Notes: a model not told the origin generated them from the letters alone. DNA of 64,000 nt from Octopus vulgaris (GCA_951406725.2 OX597830.1:992001-1056000), one strand, 5' to 3'. Counted from the first letter of the stretch, positions 13,325 through 27,444 are shown. Numbers and translations are program-made.

Positions 13325-13526
13325 GGCGGCGACCTGGCAGAACCGTTAGCACGCCGGGCGAAATGCGTAGCCGTATTTCGTCTGCCGTTACGTTCTGAGT
13401 TCAAATCCCGCCGAGGTCGATTTTGCCTTTCATCGTTTCGGGTTCGATAAATTAAGTACCAGTTACGCACTGGGGTCGATGTAATCGACATAATCCGTTT
13501 GTCTGTCCCCTCTATGTTTAGCGCCA
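13325..13526 (+). mobile_element. tRNA-derived SINE family B (Meta-domain-like central region)
   Basis: ggcggcgacctggcagaaccgttagc...gagttcaaatcccg (B box)...gcctttcatcgtttcgggttcgataaattaagtaccag; close to the copies at 40295 and 45965. Confidence 0.85.
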
Positions 13527-14571
13527 ATGTTATTGTCGTTTAAACCAGCTCAGACCTGATGCAGCAGAGCAGTGTTCAAACTATAGGATATTCATTGTAT
13601 GCTTATGTATACACACAAACTCATGCACACCGTGTGTGTGTGTGCAGCGAATAATTGAAGCTCTTTCCTGTAGAAGCACATCTGCTTAGTGCAGTATTAC
13701 AATCAAGTATGTAGTCGTTGTTATAGTTGTATTGATGTGTGAGGTACATTTTAGATTTGAAAATTCTGGAAGCATTGTTTCTGTAGTTATGTAACGAAAT
13801 GGAAAGTTGAAAAAAACATTTCGTTATCATTTGTGCATGTTTGATAAACATGTAGGAAATTTCCGCTAATAACACAAACAATATCGTTCGAACATACAGT
13901 GTATGTGTTGTTTTCTTTATATGGCCATTTGCTGCGGGATAGCGTTCGGGAAAATCTCGCTACACGACACCGATTGTTAAAGAACACCGAATATCCTGGA
14001 TCACGTGAGGCAAATCGCTTCGAATGACCGAGATTGGTAGATACCGCTATTTCGCCGTTATTCTGACTTATTAATCCCATTTACAGAGCTCGCCTCGAAA
14101 CGAATTGAATCAATAATCTGAAACATAAGTCAGTGTTTTTAACACTTGCATCGCGAAAGGAGATTTTCGCTGGCGCTAGGCCACAGCAAAGGGGCATATA
14201 AGCAAAATACATACACTATGTCTGTGTAATCGATTATATGTTGGTCTTTACGTTAAAAAGTTTGAATTTTGCCAAAGGTAACTACGCTTGTCAACCACCT
14301 GTGATCGATAAAATAACGTACTAATCAAGCTGTGGCTTCAATTAATCGATTGATAGTTGCTCACTGTTTTGAAGGTGTCTCTCTCTCTGCATCTCATTTA
14401 TAAATATCTCGCAACCTTTTACGATATTCATAGATACCATTTGAAAATCGTAGTCTTACTAGTACGCAGATAATTAGTAATGTTTGGCTGGCTTTTGAGG
14501 ACCTTTTATTATTAACAGGACAATGTATGATGTACGGTATTTTGCTGCGCGTTTTGAAAACTTATATTTCA

Positions 14572-14628
<57 letters not shown>

Positions 14629-14728
14629 ATGCGTGTGTGCATGTATATGTGTAAGGGTGTGAATGGGTCTGTAAAAAGTGGGTATCGAAACAACTTTTCG
14701 ACCAGAGTTTTTGAGTCAATTTGTAAAA

Positions 14729-14885
14729 GTTAAATACATAATGATAACAAGAAGCATCTGTACACATATTTCTATTTAACACACGAACATTCCGTAGCTT
14801 TCGTTGTTGCTCTATCATGTTTCTTGTTTTTGTTATGCGATTTTGCCTTCATACCACGTCACTACATTATCATTCTTTCCAAATT
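14729..14885 (+). repeat. 157-bp segment duplicated at 17531-17687
   Basis: Direct comparison shows 5 substitutions. Confidence 0.9.
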
Positions 14886-15537
14886 CTTTCCACCACTGCT
14901 ATGATTATAAACCATTGCTTTCTTATTCTAATATACTTTAGCCACAACACTACTGCAGGTTTTCTCGCTGTCTTCACAATATCTTTGTTTACTTTTCAAG
15001 ACATCATTCATTCCCCAATGCACAAAACTGAACAACAAACACAAACTCAACAAACACGCCCAAAGCAATTTTGCCTTCCCTTCGTCATTTTCAGTTTTCT
15101 ATTTTCTATTTTGCAGTCTCATTTAAAAATAATTTTTCTTCGTGGAATCTTAAAGCTGACAGTGACTGCTTTCTTATTTACTGATGGTCTATTCCGCCTT
15201 TGGAAATACTAACATATACAGGATCAGTGCTGGAATAACAACTCGAAAAGAATATATTCTGATTTTTTATTCTATATATATATTTTCCAGTTGAAAATAT
15301 ATGGCGAACACATTCTGAAAAAAATTTTTTGCAGATTTTTTTCTTGCTGTTTATTTTTGTTTTTTCTTCAAATGTTTAAATTGTCCCCCCCCTCTATATG
15401 GAGAAAAGAAAGCACAAAAGAACTGTTAGAATTCACCAAGTCAGTGTATGATATAGGACTTGTTGTTTAGTGTCTTGCAGCAGGATATTAAAAAAAGTAA
15501 TTTTTGTTGTTATAAATATATTCAATCAAAAATATAA

Positions 15538-15608
<71 letters not shown>
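15538..15608. repeat. (ATT)n microsatellite
   Basis: Visible tandem ATT. Confidence 0.95.
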
Positions 15609-16150
15609 GTTACTTGTTACGATTCGTCTAATGCAAAACAGGCACAAAACAAAATAGAAAAAAACAGATGAAGTTGAATTAATTCTGTTTTACAAATAGA
15701 ATAAAAAAAAACAGGGTCAATTTGAAACATCAATATCAGATCAGCTGTGTATTTGTTTGGCGTTGTGTACCGGATGATCTGCGTATTAGGAAGACACTGA
15801 AATCAATAAAACGACAAAAAACGTTCTATTACAAATGGATTGTTGAAGCTTATCTTAATGTTGATTGACGACATTAGCACAAAACCAAGTACTTTGGTTG
15901 TAACAAGTTTTGGCTGTAATAAATTACGATACATTCTACGATTCTTGATAGATTCTTTATCAATTTGAGAAAGATTGAATGTTAAGTCAACTCTACCGGA
16001 ATTTAAACTGAGAATTCAGAGAGGAATTGCAAAGATGCATGGTGAGCCTGCTGAAACTTCACCTTTGCATTGCAAACACAGGTTACTTTTTCATTATATT
16101 CCACTTCTAAACATCAACCATGGGAAGGATTGACTCTCGTAGTGTGGGCA

Positions 16151-16193
<43 letters not shown>

Positions 16194-16348
16194 CATATAT
16201 ATATACCTACCTACCTACCTACCTACCTACCTACCTACCTATGTATGTATGTATCTAGCTAGCTAGCTACCTATCTATGTATATATCTACCTATATATAG
16301 AAATAATACATTTCTAAATATCTGAGAAATGTATGCGTAGAGGTACGA

Positions 16349-16617
16349 TAAAGTAGTTGTATACTGTCAACTTAATGTGACAGTCCCATGAAGGAATCAC
16401 ACTACTGCTATTTAGCCCTAGGAAGCAGCAACGCTTCCAGTCGGCCTTGACACATTTCCTATGTCCTTATGTTTACAAAGGGGTGCTTGTAAACATAAGG
16501 ACATAGGAAATGTGTCAAGGCCGACAGGAAGCGTTGCTGCTTCCTAGGGCTAAATAGCAGTGGTGTGATTTCCTTCATGGGACTGTCACATTAAGTTGAC
16601 AGTATACAACTACTTTA
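16349..16617. repeat. Near-perfect palindrome, ~130-bp arms, 8-nt loop (foldback/MITE-like)
   Basis: Arms differ at about 3 positions; loop aggggtgc at 16479-16486; a decayed relative lies at ~53405-53510. Confidence 0.92.
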
Positions 16618-17140
16618 CCTATACATATATATATAAATTGAGAGAGATTCTGCTCGGACTATTAAAGATAAACCGAGAAAGGACATTTTAATCATGAAAA
16701 TATTAAGTTACGTGATATAAAACCAACATTCTGCACTTTCTCAAACGTTTTCATCAAGAATAAGCACCAAAAGACAATTCATATCGCAAGTGATATTAAT
16801 ATTGGGAGCGAGATTCATTCGTATAGAATGTTTTATAAGGTGAATATCTGAAAAGATCAATGTTACATTCAAAGTTGAGACATGATGAAAAATTCGAAAG
16901 CCGTCGGTGAAAAAGACTCTGGATGGTAGAACAGGGAACCCTATTGTTATATTCTATTTGCACAGATTTCCAATCCAAAACTATGTCTCATTGTCTGTTC
17001 CATTTCATTTGTGGTGTTTTCCATATTAAGCTTAGTATCATGATTATTAACACTATGGTCTATATCACGTTTTATATTATTTATACAGTTACTACCTATA
17101 TTTTTTCTTTCCCGGTATGATGGATTAAACAGGGTGAAAA

Positions 17141-17495
17141 GTGCATCCTCCTCCTATTTCTGGTAGTTCCTTAAACAGGAAGAATAAAATGTATATACCT
17201 TCTAAGTCTGTTGCCTGCGTAGAGTCTGCCGATCCCATAGTTATATCGAACATTTCTGGTATATCCTTTCTCACCCAGTGCTTTCCCTCAAATATTATAA
17301 TTGCTTCCCTAGTTCAGAAAATAATATCTACTTCTACTCTATAATAAGAGCTGACGTTATCAGAGGCATAATATTTAGATATGTCCATAAGAATATTTGT
17401 CTTCTTTTTATCTGGGATTTTAGTAAACCAATCATTTAACTCTGACACACTGACATTCCTAAGTGTGGGTATGTACTTAGCTATGAGAGGCAAGA
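17141..17495 (-). pseudogene. Naiad-type PLE reverse transcriptase fragment
   Basis: Manual translation: DISKYYAS...VDIIF*TREAIIIFEGKHWVRKD..MFDITMGSADS.....LEGIYIL (cf. FDI..FYPS / W.KK / FDVTMGS.DGAE..ELVG.YIL). Confidence 0.75.
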
Positions 17496-17530
17496 GAATT
17501 TAACATCAGAGTGAAAATTAGGTTTATTAG

Positions 17531-17687
17531 GTTAAATACATAATGATAACAAGAGGCATCTGTACACATATTTCTATTTAACACACGAACATACCGTAGC
17601 TTTTGTTGTTGCTCTATAATGTTTCTTGTTTTTGTTATGCGATTTTGCCTTCATACCACGTCACCACATTATCATTCTTTCCAAATT
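17531..17687 (+). repeat. Second copy of 14729-14885, next to the Naiad RT fragment
   Basis: Direct comparison. Confidence 0.9.
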
Positions 17688-18731
17688 TTAGGAGTTTTAT
17701 ACATGTATTACAAAAGAAATATACAGTGAATGAGATGAAAATGCATGGAACGAATGGAGAAAGAATTGATGTAATATATATATATATATATATACATATA
17801 GATACATACATATAGATACGTACATACATGTGGGTATAGTCAAACTGTGCATTCATTTTTACTTAATTAAAAGTGAATATAATTGATGAGTTATAATTGA
17901 GTGGAACGCTCTTCAGATAGAAGTGACATAATGTCGGAAACCCAACAACGCCTGTAGTATATATGATTTATTCTATAACGATAGATACAAAGGAAATTGG
18001 CAAAAACATTGGTTTTCACAAGATGTCAGTAAATTTCTCTGGAACCAATTCCCTAGAAACAAACTTTATCAGTCTTCTATTACTGATTTGTCATAATCAC
18101 CTCTATGTTATAATTCTGAAATGCAAAAAGTTTGTTTGTCTGGTTTTGGCATAAGAACGGGTTAAAGGCCACTAGATCCCGTCGGATTGACTCCAAAATT
18201 TACAGGGACATGTAAAATGAGGTGAGGATGCGAGTTGTTAGAAGTCTAGATTAGAAGTCCCCATCTTAAAAGGTGTTGTTGCTAGGGCCAAAAACGCACA
18301 CTTTGACAAGTCTACTCTCATTATTTTATGTGTGTGTCTTTCTCCATCTCTCACTCTCTTTCCTCCCTTCCTTTCACCTTCTCTCTATGACATCGTTTCA
18401 CAGCGTCTACCTCCCTTCCCTTCAATTTCTCTCTATAACGTCGTTTCACAGCGTCCTATATCTTCCCCCGCCGCCTTCAACAGCGCTTTCACACTCTCTA
18501 CGTCTGTCAGCATTCATAGAATGCATATATTATCGCCACCACGACCACGCAATCGTGAGAACAAATATTATGAATCAGATATTTATTGGGTTAATTTATG
18601 TGCGTGTGTGTGTGTTCTATATATAAATATGTATATATAATGTATATATACAAAGTGTATATATCTGTATTTATATATATATATATATATATATAATTTG
18701 TATAAATTTGTATATATAACGTGTATACACA

Positions 18732-18797
<66 letters not shown>

Positions 18798-18798
18798 A

Positions 18799-19134
<336 letters not shown>

Positions 19135-19164
19135 TCAAAATAAAAACATGATGCCAAGGATTCA

Positions 19165-19242
19165 GCGGTACATATGTTTCGGGCCTTTATTAGACGGATT
19201 TATAACAATGCATAATGTGCGTCTGTGGCCTTCTTCAGCCGC
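19165..19242 (-). ncRNA. Type I hammerhead with extended stem II
   Basis: Minus strand reads GCGG-CTGAAGA-AGGCC..AGACG..CGTCT..GGCCC-GAAA-CATATG-TA-CCGC. Confidence 0.8.
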
Positions 19243-21160
19243 GCACAACTACTTCTTCAAGGACATGTATTACATCAAAAATTCTTGGTTGGGGATGCAA
19301 ATCCTCTCATTCGCGTACGACGTAATGCGGCAACAGCATAAAAATGAAGCGTCCATCTCGTTCTTCTCTCAATGTAGAATGAGGAAGTTTGGATGTTGAA
19401 TAATATAAATAAATAAATAAATATACATATATAAATATATAAATACAGACAGACGTGAAGGAACCTGGTAATAAGAGCAAATAGAGATAAAGATGGAGGG
19501 GCGAGAATTCAGGACGAAGGATAAAAAATATATAAAAAGTGTAAGTATATAAAAATATAAAAATGTAGAGTATAACGATATAAAGAGATATAAAAAATAT
19601 AAAAAAATATAAATGAATATAAAGGTATAAAGTTATAAAAATAAAAATAAAAAGTGTAAAAGAATATAAGGATAAGGGATATATAGTAGTTACGGACCAA
19701 ACATGGTGGTCAGGAAAATGACAAATTCTGGTTGTAGAAGTCTTGGGTGTCATAAATCAATCGGGGCGTCTGGGGACCTAGTGTATTGTAAATTAGAGTT
19801 GTTGAGCAGCTTATCTAGTTCTTCGTAACGTATTAAATGGTCATCGTGTACATACGCACCCGCATGGATACATACACCCATATATACGCGCACATATACG
19901 CACGCATACGCAGCTACACGCATACAAGCATACATACGTACTCACGTGTAAACATATACAGATATATATGGAAAAAGGCGCATGTAGTTGGGTACACGAA
20001 CCGATGCGCACGCGTACGTATATACATACACTCTCATGCGTTCATATAGGCACACTCGCACTTACACGCATTTACAAGACGAAGTGAATCCCTATGCGTG
20101 TGGGCAGGAATATGTATACACATAAACACGCGCGCACATACGCATATATATATACACACAACAGAATATGTATATATATACACGGACAATATACATGTAT
20201 ATATATATATACACACACATACGCATATACATATACACACACACATATGCATACATATATATGCACATATATACATATGCATATATACACATATGCATAC
20301 ACACAAATATACACACGCCCATACCTGCACACGCACATATAGGTATAGATATAAGATATTAAAAGATGTATAAAAATATGTATATAAGAAATCTACAAAA
20401 GCATGTAAAAAAAATTATTAAAGAAGTATAACGGGGGGGTACACATCTAGACACAGATATTTACTCATACACACGCATACACATGTATACATATACATAC
20501 ATACACAGACACACGTATAATCATAAAGCGGATACATAGATAAGTAAATAAGGAAAAAGCTAAAAACAGACCTATATATAGAGATATAAAGTGATAAAAT
20601 AGGGGTAAAAATAGGAGTAAGAATAAGGGTAAGAATAAGAATTAGAAATAAAAATAAGAAATAAAGTATAAAAATTAGAAATAAAATATAAAATTATAGA
20701 AACTATAAAAATTAAAATAAAGAATGAAAATAAAAATAAGAATAAAAGTAAAGTAAAATAAAATAGGATAAAATAAAATAAAAATGTAGTCGGGTGAGGC
20801 TTAACATGAGATGAAGGTAAAAATAAAAGGTAGTTGAAAATGTAAAGTTAAAGGTGTGTGCTAAAGGTGACCACGTAGGAGCGGGCGGGGGGAACTGGAA
20901 ATTGGAAGGGTGGGACGCGGGGTTTGGTGGTGTGCGCTCAACATCAGAGTTAGAAATGGAAAAAGGCATAGATATAGGGAAACAAAAAATCTAGATAGGA
21001 AGAATGTAGGTGTAGGAGAAGAAATATATAGGAAAAAACATATATGGGAGACAAAATGTGTGTATATAGGAAAAAATATATATAGGAAAACGGGATGCGC
21101 TGGAGCCGACAGGTTGCACTTGGGTGGGAGGAAATTGCATGGGGGAGTTGGAATAATAGC

Positions 21161-21358
21161 CTAAGTTTTGTAGTATTTGAAAGTATTAATAAGTTTGTGT
21201 ATACAAGATGGCTTGAACTCTGACCTTTTGTTAATAAGATTGTGTTTCTCCTTGAATTTCAAGATATTCAGGAGTTCCACACAACATAGTTGGCATCCTG
21301 CTCTATTATTTAGATAAGGTGCAGCTGATCCGATGATAACACAAGAGTAAGAGAGTGG
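21161..21358 (-). pseudogene. Naiad-type GIY-YIG C-terminal 65 aa (not in the supplied ORF track)
   Basis: PY...C.LC..E...I......L.NKRSE...C.H signature. Confidence 0.8.
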
Positions 21359-21447
21359 GAATGAAATCGGGTTATATTAGGCCGAGAAGGTTACTTCAAT
21401 AAACTTGCTGTGGATGCAGGAGGTAGACATATCCTAATAAATGAACG

Positions 21448-21486
<39 letters not shown>

Positions 21487-21497
21487 GCGTATATATG

Positions 21498-21587
<90 letters not shown>

Positions 21588-21591
21588 TATT

Positions 21592-23160
21592 ATGTGAAAT
21601 AGAAAGATGAATAATCTTGTAGCAGATTAATCAAAAATTTTAACCGATACCTTGGTAGCAAAAATCACTGCAGAAGACAGCACGGTTGGAGGTACAACCA
21701 TATGGTGTTGCAACCGTGCGTTGGTGCGGATAATTGAATTTTAATATTATTGGTGAATTGAAGAAATGGAGCTGAACGAAGATTGAACAGAAATCGTTTT
21801 ATTTCATTCTACACGTGTTTCGAAAGGCACAATTTACCAAAATCCGATTGAATAATGAGACCATATTGTGTCTTTCTCTTCAGGAAGAAATAGGAAATCC
21901 GTTGGAAAAAACAAAAACAGAACAGAGGCGGAGCAAAACAAATCGAACTAGGCTCCTAAGAGCCCATGGCAAAACTGTTTATCAGTGTATGTTGAGAACC
22001 GGTGGTTGAAGATTTTAACGGGTCAGGCAGCGGTCATTCCTGTGGGTGAGGGTGTGTAGATGTTCTTTGTGACCGAGAATAAAGTTCTGACTATTTAAAG
22101 AATATTGGATGTATTATAAGGGGCGAGAAAAAATCTACTTAGAGACATGTGTGTGTTTACTGTTCTATATATGTGTGCTGGCGCAGGTTGGCAAGAAGCG
22201 CTATTTTCTGGTCACTGCTGAGAACTCCGTCAAGGGGTAGAAAACATTTTTTGTGTACGTGTGTGCGTTTGATCGCTCGGCTGTCAGTTGTTAAACAGCT
22301 CTACACAATGGCTACCGCAGTAAAAACCGTTGGGTGGCAGAAAAATATTTTATGTTTTATGTGTGCATGTGTTCGTCTAATCATGCCTTGTCAAAGAAAC
22401 CCCCCGTCGTCAAAAACAAAGCCCCGTTTATCTCACAGGAGTAATTCCCCTTGCAGTGGTTAATCGTAATTATCTTAAAGGCTATTTCAGAATTTATTAA
22501 CAAGGGCTATGGGTGCAGGTATTATTTATAAGCGTTATTTATAAGCCAGATAAGTGTAACGCCGCCAATGGGGGCATCGAAATAGAAAACTAGAATGGAG
22601 CAATAGCACACACCACAACATATGACGATAGAGGATCCCGAACACATAATAAATACACAGATAAATAAACAAATAGAAATAAATAACTATATATATATAT
22701 TTTTTTAATTTAATTTTATTTCGATTCGATTTATTATTATTATTACTAGTATTGTTGTTATACATACATACATACAAGCATATGTAATGATAATAATAAG
22801 TGGATGTAAACACATGAACAAAATAAGAATAAACAAAAAAAACAACAACAAAAACAAAATATAAATATAAATTACATGAACGTATATAAACAGAAGATAC
22901 AAATATTACAAGCATCCCCCCACATACACACTAAATAAACATAGACGCACATAGAGATATAAGCATGCGCAAATGAAGACATACAATAGAAATACAAAAT
23001 GGCTGTCGGTTAGTAAGTAGAGACACAAATAAGAAAGAGGAAAACAAAGGATCACTGATGCGGTCACAGGAGTGTGACGAAAGAACTCTGGCCGAAATAA
23101 GATTAAGATTAATGTAAAAAATAAATAACACTGAAGCAAAATAACACCAAATATATAGAG
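21592..23160 (-). mobile_element. Non-coding HHR-bearing element or long pLTR starting at (TA)n; far boundary uncertain
   Basis: HHR at 21801-21891; no recognisable ORF; a similar terminal motif aaatggag.tgaacgaagat recurs at ~24506. Confidence 0.5.
21801..21891 (-). ncRNA. Type I hammerhead, canonical core, 12-bp stem II
   Basis: Minus strand reads ATTTCTTC-CTGAAGA-GAAAGACACAAT..ATTGTGCCTTTC-GAAA-CACGTG-TA-GAATGAAAT. Confidence 0.85.
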
Positions 23161-23399
23161 CGTGTGTTTTTATTGGCTAAACTGGCAAAATGACCATTCC
23201 GAAATATAAGAATATCTGTTTCAACACACGACTTCACATAAAAAATCTTGCACAACAAATATTTATATATATTATGTGTGCATTATGTGGTCGGTTCAGC
23301 TGAAAATATGCGCACCTATGTTAAAAGTGCTGGCGAATTTGCATAGCAAATATTTTTTTCCTCAAATGAAAGGCGTGACCTGTAGGACAAAATTCCTCA

Positions 23400-24154
23400 T
23401 CTTATAAAATGCGGCCCGAGTAGACCCGAATGAAATCGGGTTATATTAACCAAAATGTGAAAAGGGGTCTAAATGGGGCTGGAAGGGGATAAAAATTTAC
23501 AGGAGCGGGTGTTTAGAAATTCTCTGTTACAAGCTAAAAAATTTGCGTCAATGTGTTGCCGTCCATGATGAAGAAGTTTTGAATGCTTGCCATGGTGAGT
23601 TTATTGTCGTGAGAAAGAATCACTTCAAAACTTGGTGTTTAGGAATTTTCTTTTACATCAAGTTCAAAATTTTACGCCAGCCGTTAAACTGCCACTATGT
23701 TGCTGTCCGTCGTTAAGAAATGCCAGCCATGGTGACTCTACTATCCTCAGATTCTATCCCTTCAAACTTTGGTTTCCAATATTTTATTATTTTTATTCAG
23801 CTCGCACGTTCGTCTGTCCCTTTTAAATGTTAGTATTTTGCTGTCTGCCTTGAAGCAGACCTTTCCATTGTCACTGCCTGATATTTATGATTGATCTTTC
23901 CAAATATTTCCCTTTCTCAACTTACTCAAGATCTTTTGTTGTTTATAAATGGGAGAGAGAGAGATAGAGAAAGATAGAAAGTAAGAGAAAGCGAGGGAGA
24001 GTCCGAGAGAAAGGAAGAGTAAGAGAGTGGGAAAGTGAGAGAGAAAGGAGAGAGAAACAAAGAGGGAGAATGTGGTGATAAAAAACAGAAAGGAAGCAAC
24101 AGAAAGTAACAACCACACTCTTACCCGCGCGTAGAGCGGGTCACCTTAGGCTAG
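23400..24154 (+). mobile_element. Non-autonomous Helitron-like element; 3' end clear, 5' end not located
   Basis: GC hairpin ACCCGC-gcgtaga-GCGGGT (24123-24141), 9-nt spacer, then CTAG|T (24151-24154). Confidence 0.6.
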
Positions 24155-24171
24155 TTCTCTCTATATAAATG

Positions 24172-24205
<34 letters not shown>

Positions 24206-24392
24206 GTCACTTCAACAATGTAAATACGCATGTGCCGTTGGATTTTTCTCTTTCTCCTTTCCGTCGGAGAGCTATGCTCAAAATATTAAACCGTCTCCTT
24301 TCATCGAGCGTCAAGCTAATATAGCTCTTGTGCACAGCCTGCCGTTCGTCTGTTTTGTTTTTTGTTCGTTTATTTGAATTGTACTTGAATTG

Positions 24393-24475
<83 letters not shown>

Positions 24476-25854
24476 GTATATATGTATATATATGAATAAA
24501 TAAATAAATGGAGTTGAACGAAGATGTTAATAAGGATCCCCTTATATATAAATACATATATTAGTAGCGAAGGAGATGAAAGCGTATTGAAGGAAGGGAG
24601 AAAGAATTAATGTAATTCGTAAGTTGTCTTCTAAGGATACTGAATCTTGTCTTTTATATGTATAGTGAATGCAAATATAAGGAACCAAAGAACTGCTTTA
24701 GAGATCTCTTAGCAAATCAACTCTGAGACGACTGTAAGCTGCGATTACCATAACGAATAAGTCATCGGGTTGCTGTTAGGTTTTCACTACAATACAATCA
24801 TATTAAACATAAACATACATGAAATACAAGTCATGCAGCTGTACTGTAAATACATCGATTAACAGGCGACATATTGATAAACGATATAAGGTTGTTGTAG
24901 ATGTTGCTGTGGTTGCTGTTGTTGTCAGTATTGATGTTACTGTGTTTGCAATAAGCAAACCTGCCAAACATATTTACTACTTCTGCCTATTCATGTATAA
25001 TCTGCAAATGTCTCACAAAGAAACAATTGAAAACAAAAATAAATCATCTACTTTAACATGAACAATTCGGTTCTGCAGCAACAGAAAAAATAATTTTTCC
25101 ATCTCTATACAGGCATTTGTAGAGAGAGGTGCTTGTACAATGCACCAAGATTCAAATTTTGCTTTAGAGCGCCATATTAATGTAAACATTATCAATGCAA
25201 CATACTTACTGAATGTGTGCCAGTAAACAGCCGCGAAATAGCAATAGCTGTTACTCTCATTAACTTCGGGAACGATTTCGTTTCTCCTGTTTTGAGTTGC
25301 ACTGTTTTCATTTACAATATATGTTTTTCAAGGGTTCTTTCCCTTAGACCTAAACAATGTACTTATGCTTCATTTACTAACAGATTTAAACTAAGTTTCT
25401 TATACTGGTTACACACCAATGAACACTCACACATACACACATTTGTATAATCGTGACGACACATGTGCACCTAACAAATTTATAATTAGTTTCCAAAAAT
25501 TTCTATCATCGTACAAAAAACACGGGACATTTTACCTTGTACAAGAAATATGCATATTTGGTTTGCGATAACATTTTCGGAATTATTTTCAAAAATGCGG
25601 AAGCATGCCAAGTATCTTGAGACATAATTCTGTAGTTCGTGATTTTTAATACAAAGTCATTTATCTTGTAAATGTGTACATATGTATATGTGTGGGCATT
25701 ATATATGTGTGTGTGCGTACCCGCGCGAGGGTGTGTGTATAAATGTATGATATATACGTATACTTTTATAAAGATATATGATACACGTACATATAAGTAT
25801 ACTTATATGTGTATGTGCAATATACATAGGTGTATAAGCAAGTATATACACACA

Positions 25855-25907
<53 letters not shown>

Positions 25908-26638
25908 ATATATATATATAGATAAATATATATATATATATATATATATATGAAAAAAGTAAACGAAAAGAGAGAGTAAACCTTAAATTTGATGGGCCGA
26001 GAAGGTTACTTCAATAAACTTGCTGTGGATGCAGGAGGTAGACATATCCTAATAAATGAACGAAATATTTACACTTAAAATTACTGAAGGTAGTCGTAGT
26101 GAATATATATTTATATAGTATTGAGTATGTGTATGTGAATGTATGTGTGTACGTGTGTGTAATTGTGTGTGTATTTGTGTACATTATATCAATGGAATAT
26201 ATATCAAATTGTAACAAAAAAAGACAATAAGAATATCTGGAAATATTTGTCGGTGATGAAATATTTTTTCATCTTGTTTTCAATAAGTTATTCTACTCCG
26301 TCAGATAGTTTGCAATTTTCAAAGATTTATGAAATATTTCGATCACACAAAAGAGCCAGAGACCCATTTGTCAAGCAACTAATTCCATTAAAACCTCCCT
26401 ACACAACAAAATTATAATATATTGGCTTTCAAACTTATACGATGGTCACAAATAAACGCTGTCTGTTTTTAGGCACGTAACTGTGTCTGTATGCATTATT
26501 TACATAGTTGCATACACACACGCACACATACACAGGCACATATATACATGCATATATATATATGCACATATATAAATGTATGTATATACATATACACACA
26601 TATGTATGTATATATGCGTATATATATATATGTATGTG

Positions 26639-26676
<38 letters not shown>

Positions 26677-27044
26677 GTAGCACCTATTTGATATATAACC
26701 ATATAACAACATAAAAGTATACCTATACATAACGGAAGTTTATACGAGCAGTTTTCCTGTTTAATATCTCAGGAATTTACCGATGAAATAAAGCCATTTC
26801 ACTAAACTACAGCCAAAATCACGACATATACGCAACGTATCTGATAACTTGCAGGTTTCTGCGATGCCTGTGAGAGACGATCGCTGATATGAAATAATGT
26901 CAAGTGTATACGTTGTGATACGAAATATCCCTAGAGAGCGCCAATGCAAGAATAGGTTGCTTGTAACACGCATTCCGTAAAGGTATTAAAACCCCTGCTT
27001 CTACTGTACAACTGTTCTTCTCGTGAGTGTACGTGTGTAATTTT

Positions 27045-27241
27045 TATTCTTTTATTTGTTTCAGTCATCTCGCTACGGCCATGCTGGAGTACCACCCTCA
27101 GCCGAAGAAATCAAACCCTGGATTTATTCTTTGTAAGCCTAATACTTATTATTGTAACAGTGTCTTTTGCCGAGTCGTTACGTTACGGGAATGTAAACAC
27201 ACCAACATCGGTTGTCAAACGATGGTGAGGACACACACACT

Positions 27242-27273
<32 letters not shown>

Positions 27274-27401
27274 ATATTGGCTTTTTTTCTGTTTCCGTTT
27301 ACCAAATCCACTTACAAGGTTTTGGTCGACCGAACGTGCCTCGCAGTAGCACTGAACCCGGGACAATGAAGTTGGGAAGCAAACCTCTTACCACATTGCT
27401 A

Positions 27402-27406
<5 letters not shown>
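27045..27406 (-). mobile_element. SINE family A
   Basis: Reverse complement has the head gtggtaagaggtttgcttcccaac...cgggttcagtg and the tail ggtggtactccagcatggccgtag...gactgaaac. Confidence 0.75.

Positions 27407-27444
<38 letters not shown>

Noticed and set aside
16400-16565. Pistol- or twister-like motif (tagggctaaatag)
   Set aside because: Only a short word match; the required stems and pseudoknots could not be built
19250-21160. SECIS/selenoprotein, as known for some Naiad PLEs
   Set aside because: No in-frame UGA in the surviving 65 codons and no convincing SECIS hairpin seen by eye; SECISearch on a full-length consensus would be needed
21359-23448. 21-bp repeat read as a target-site duplication
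   Set aside because: Joining the outer flanks does not restore the Naiad ORF, and the 23428 copy sits in its own native hairpin; treated as templated filler instead
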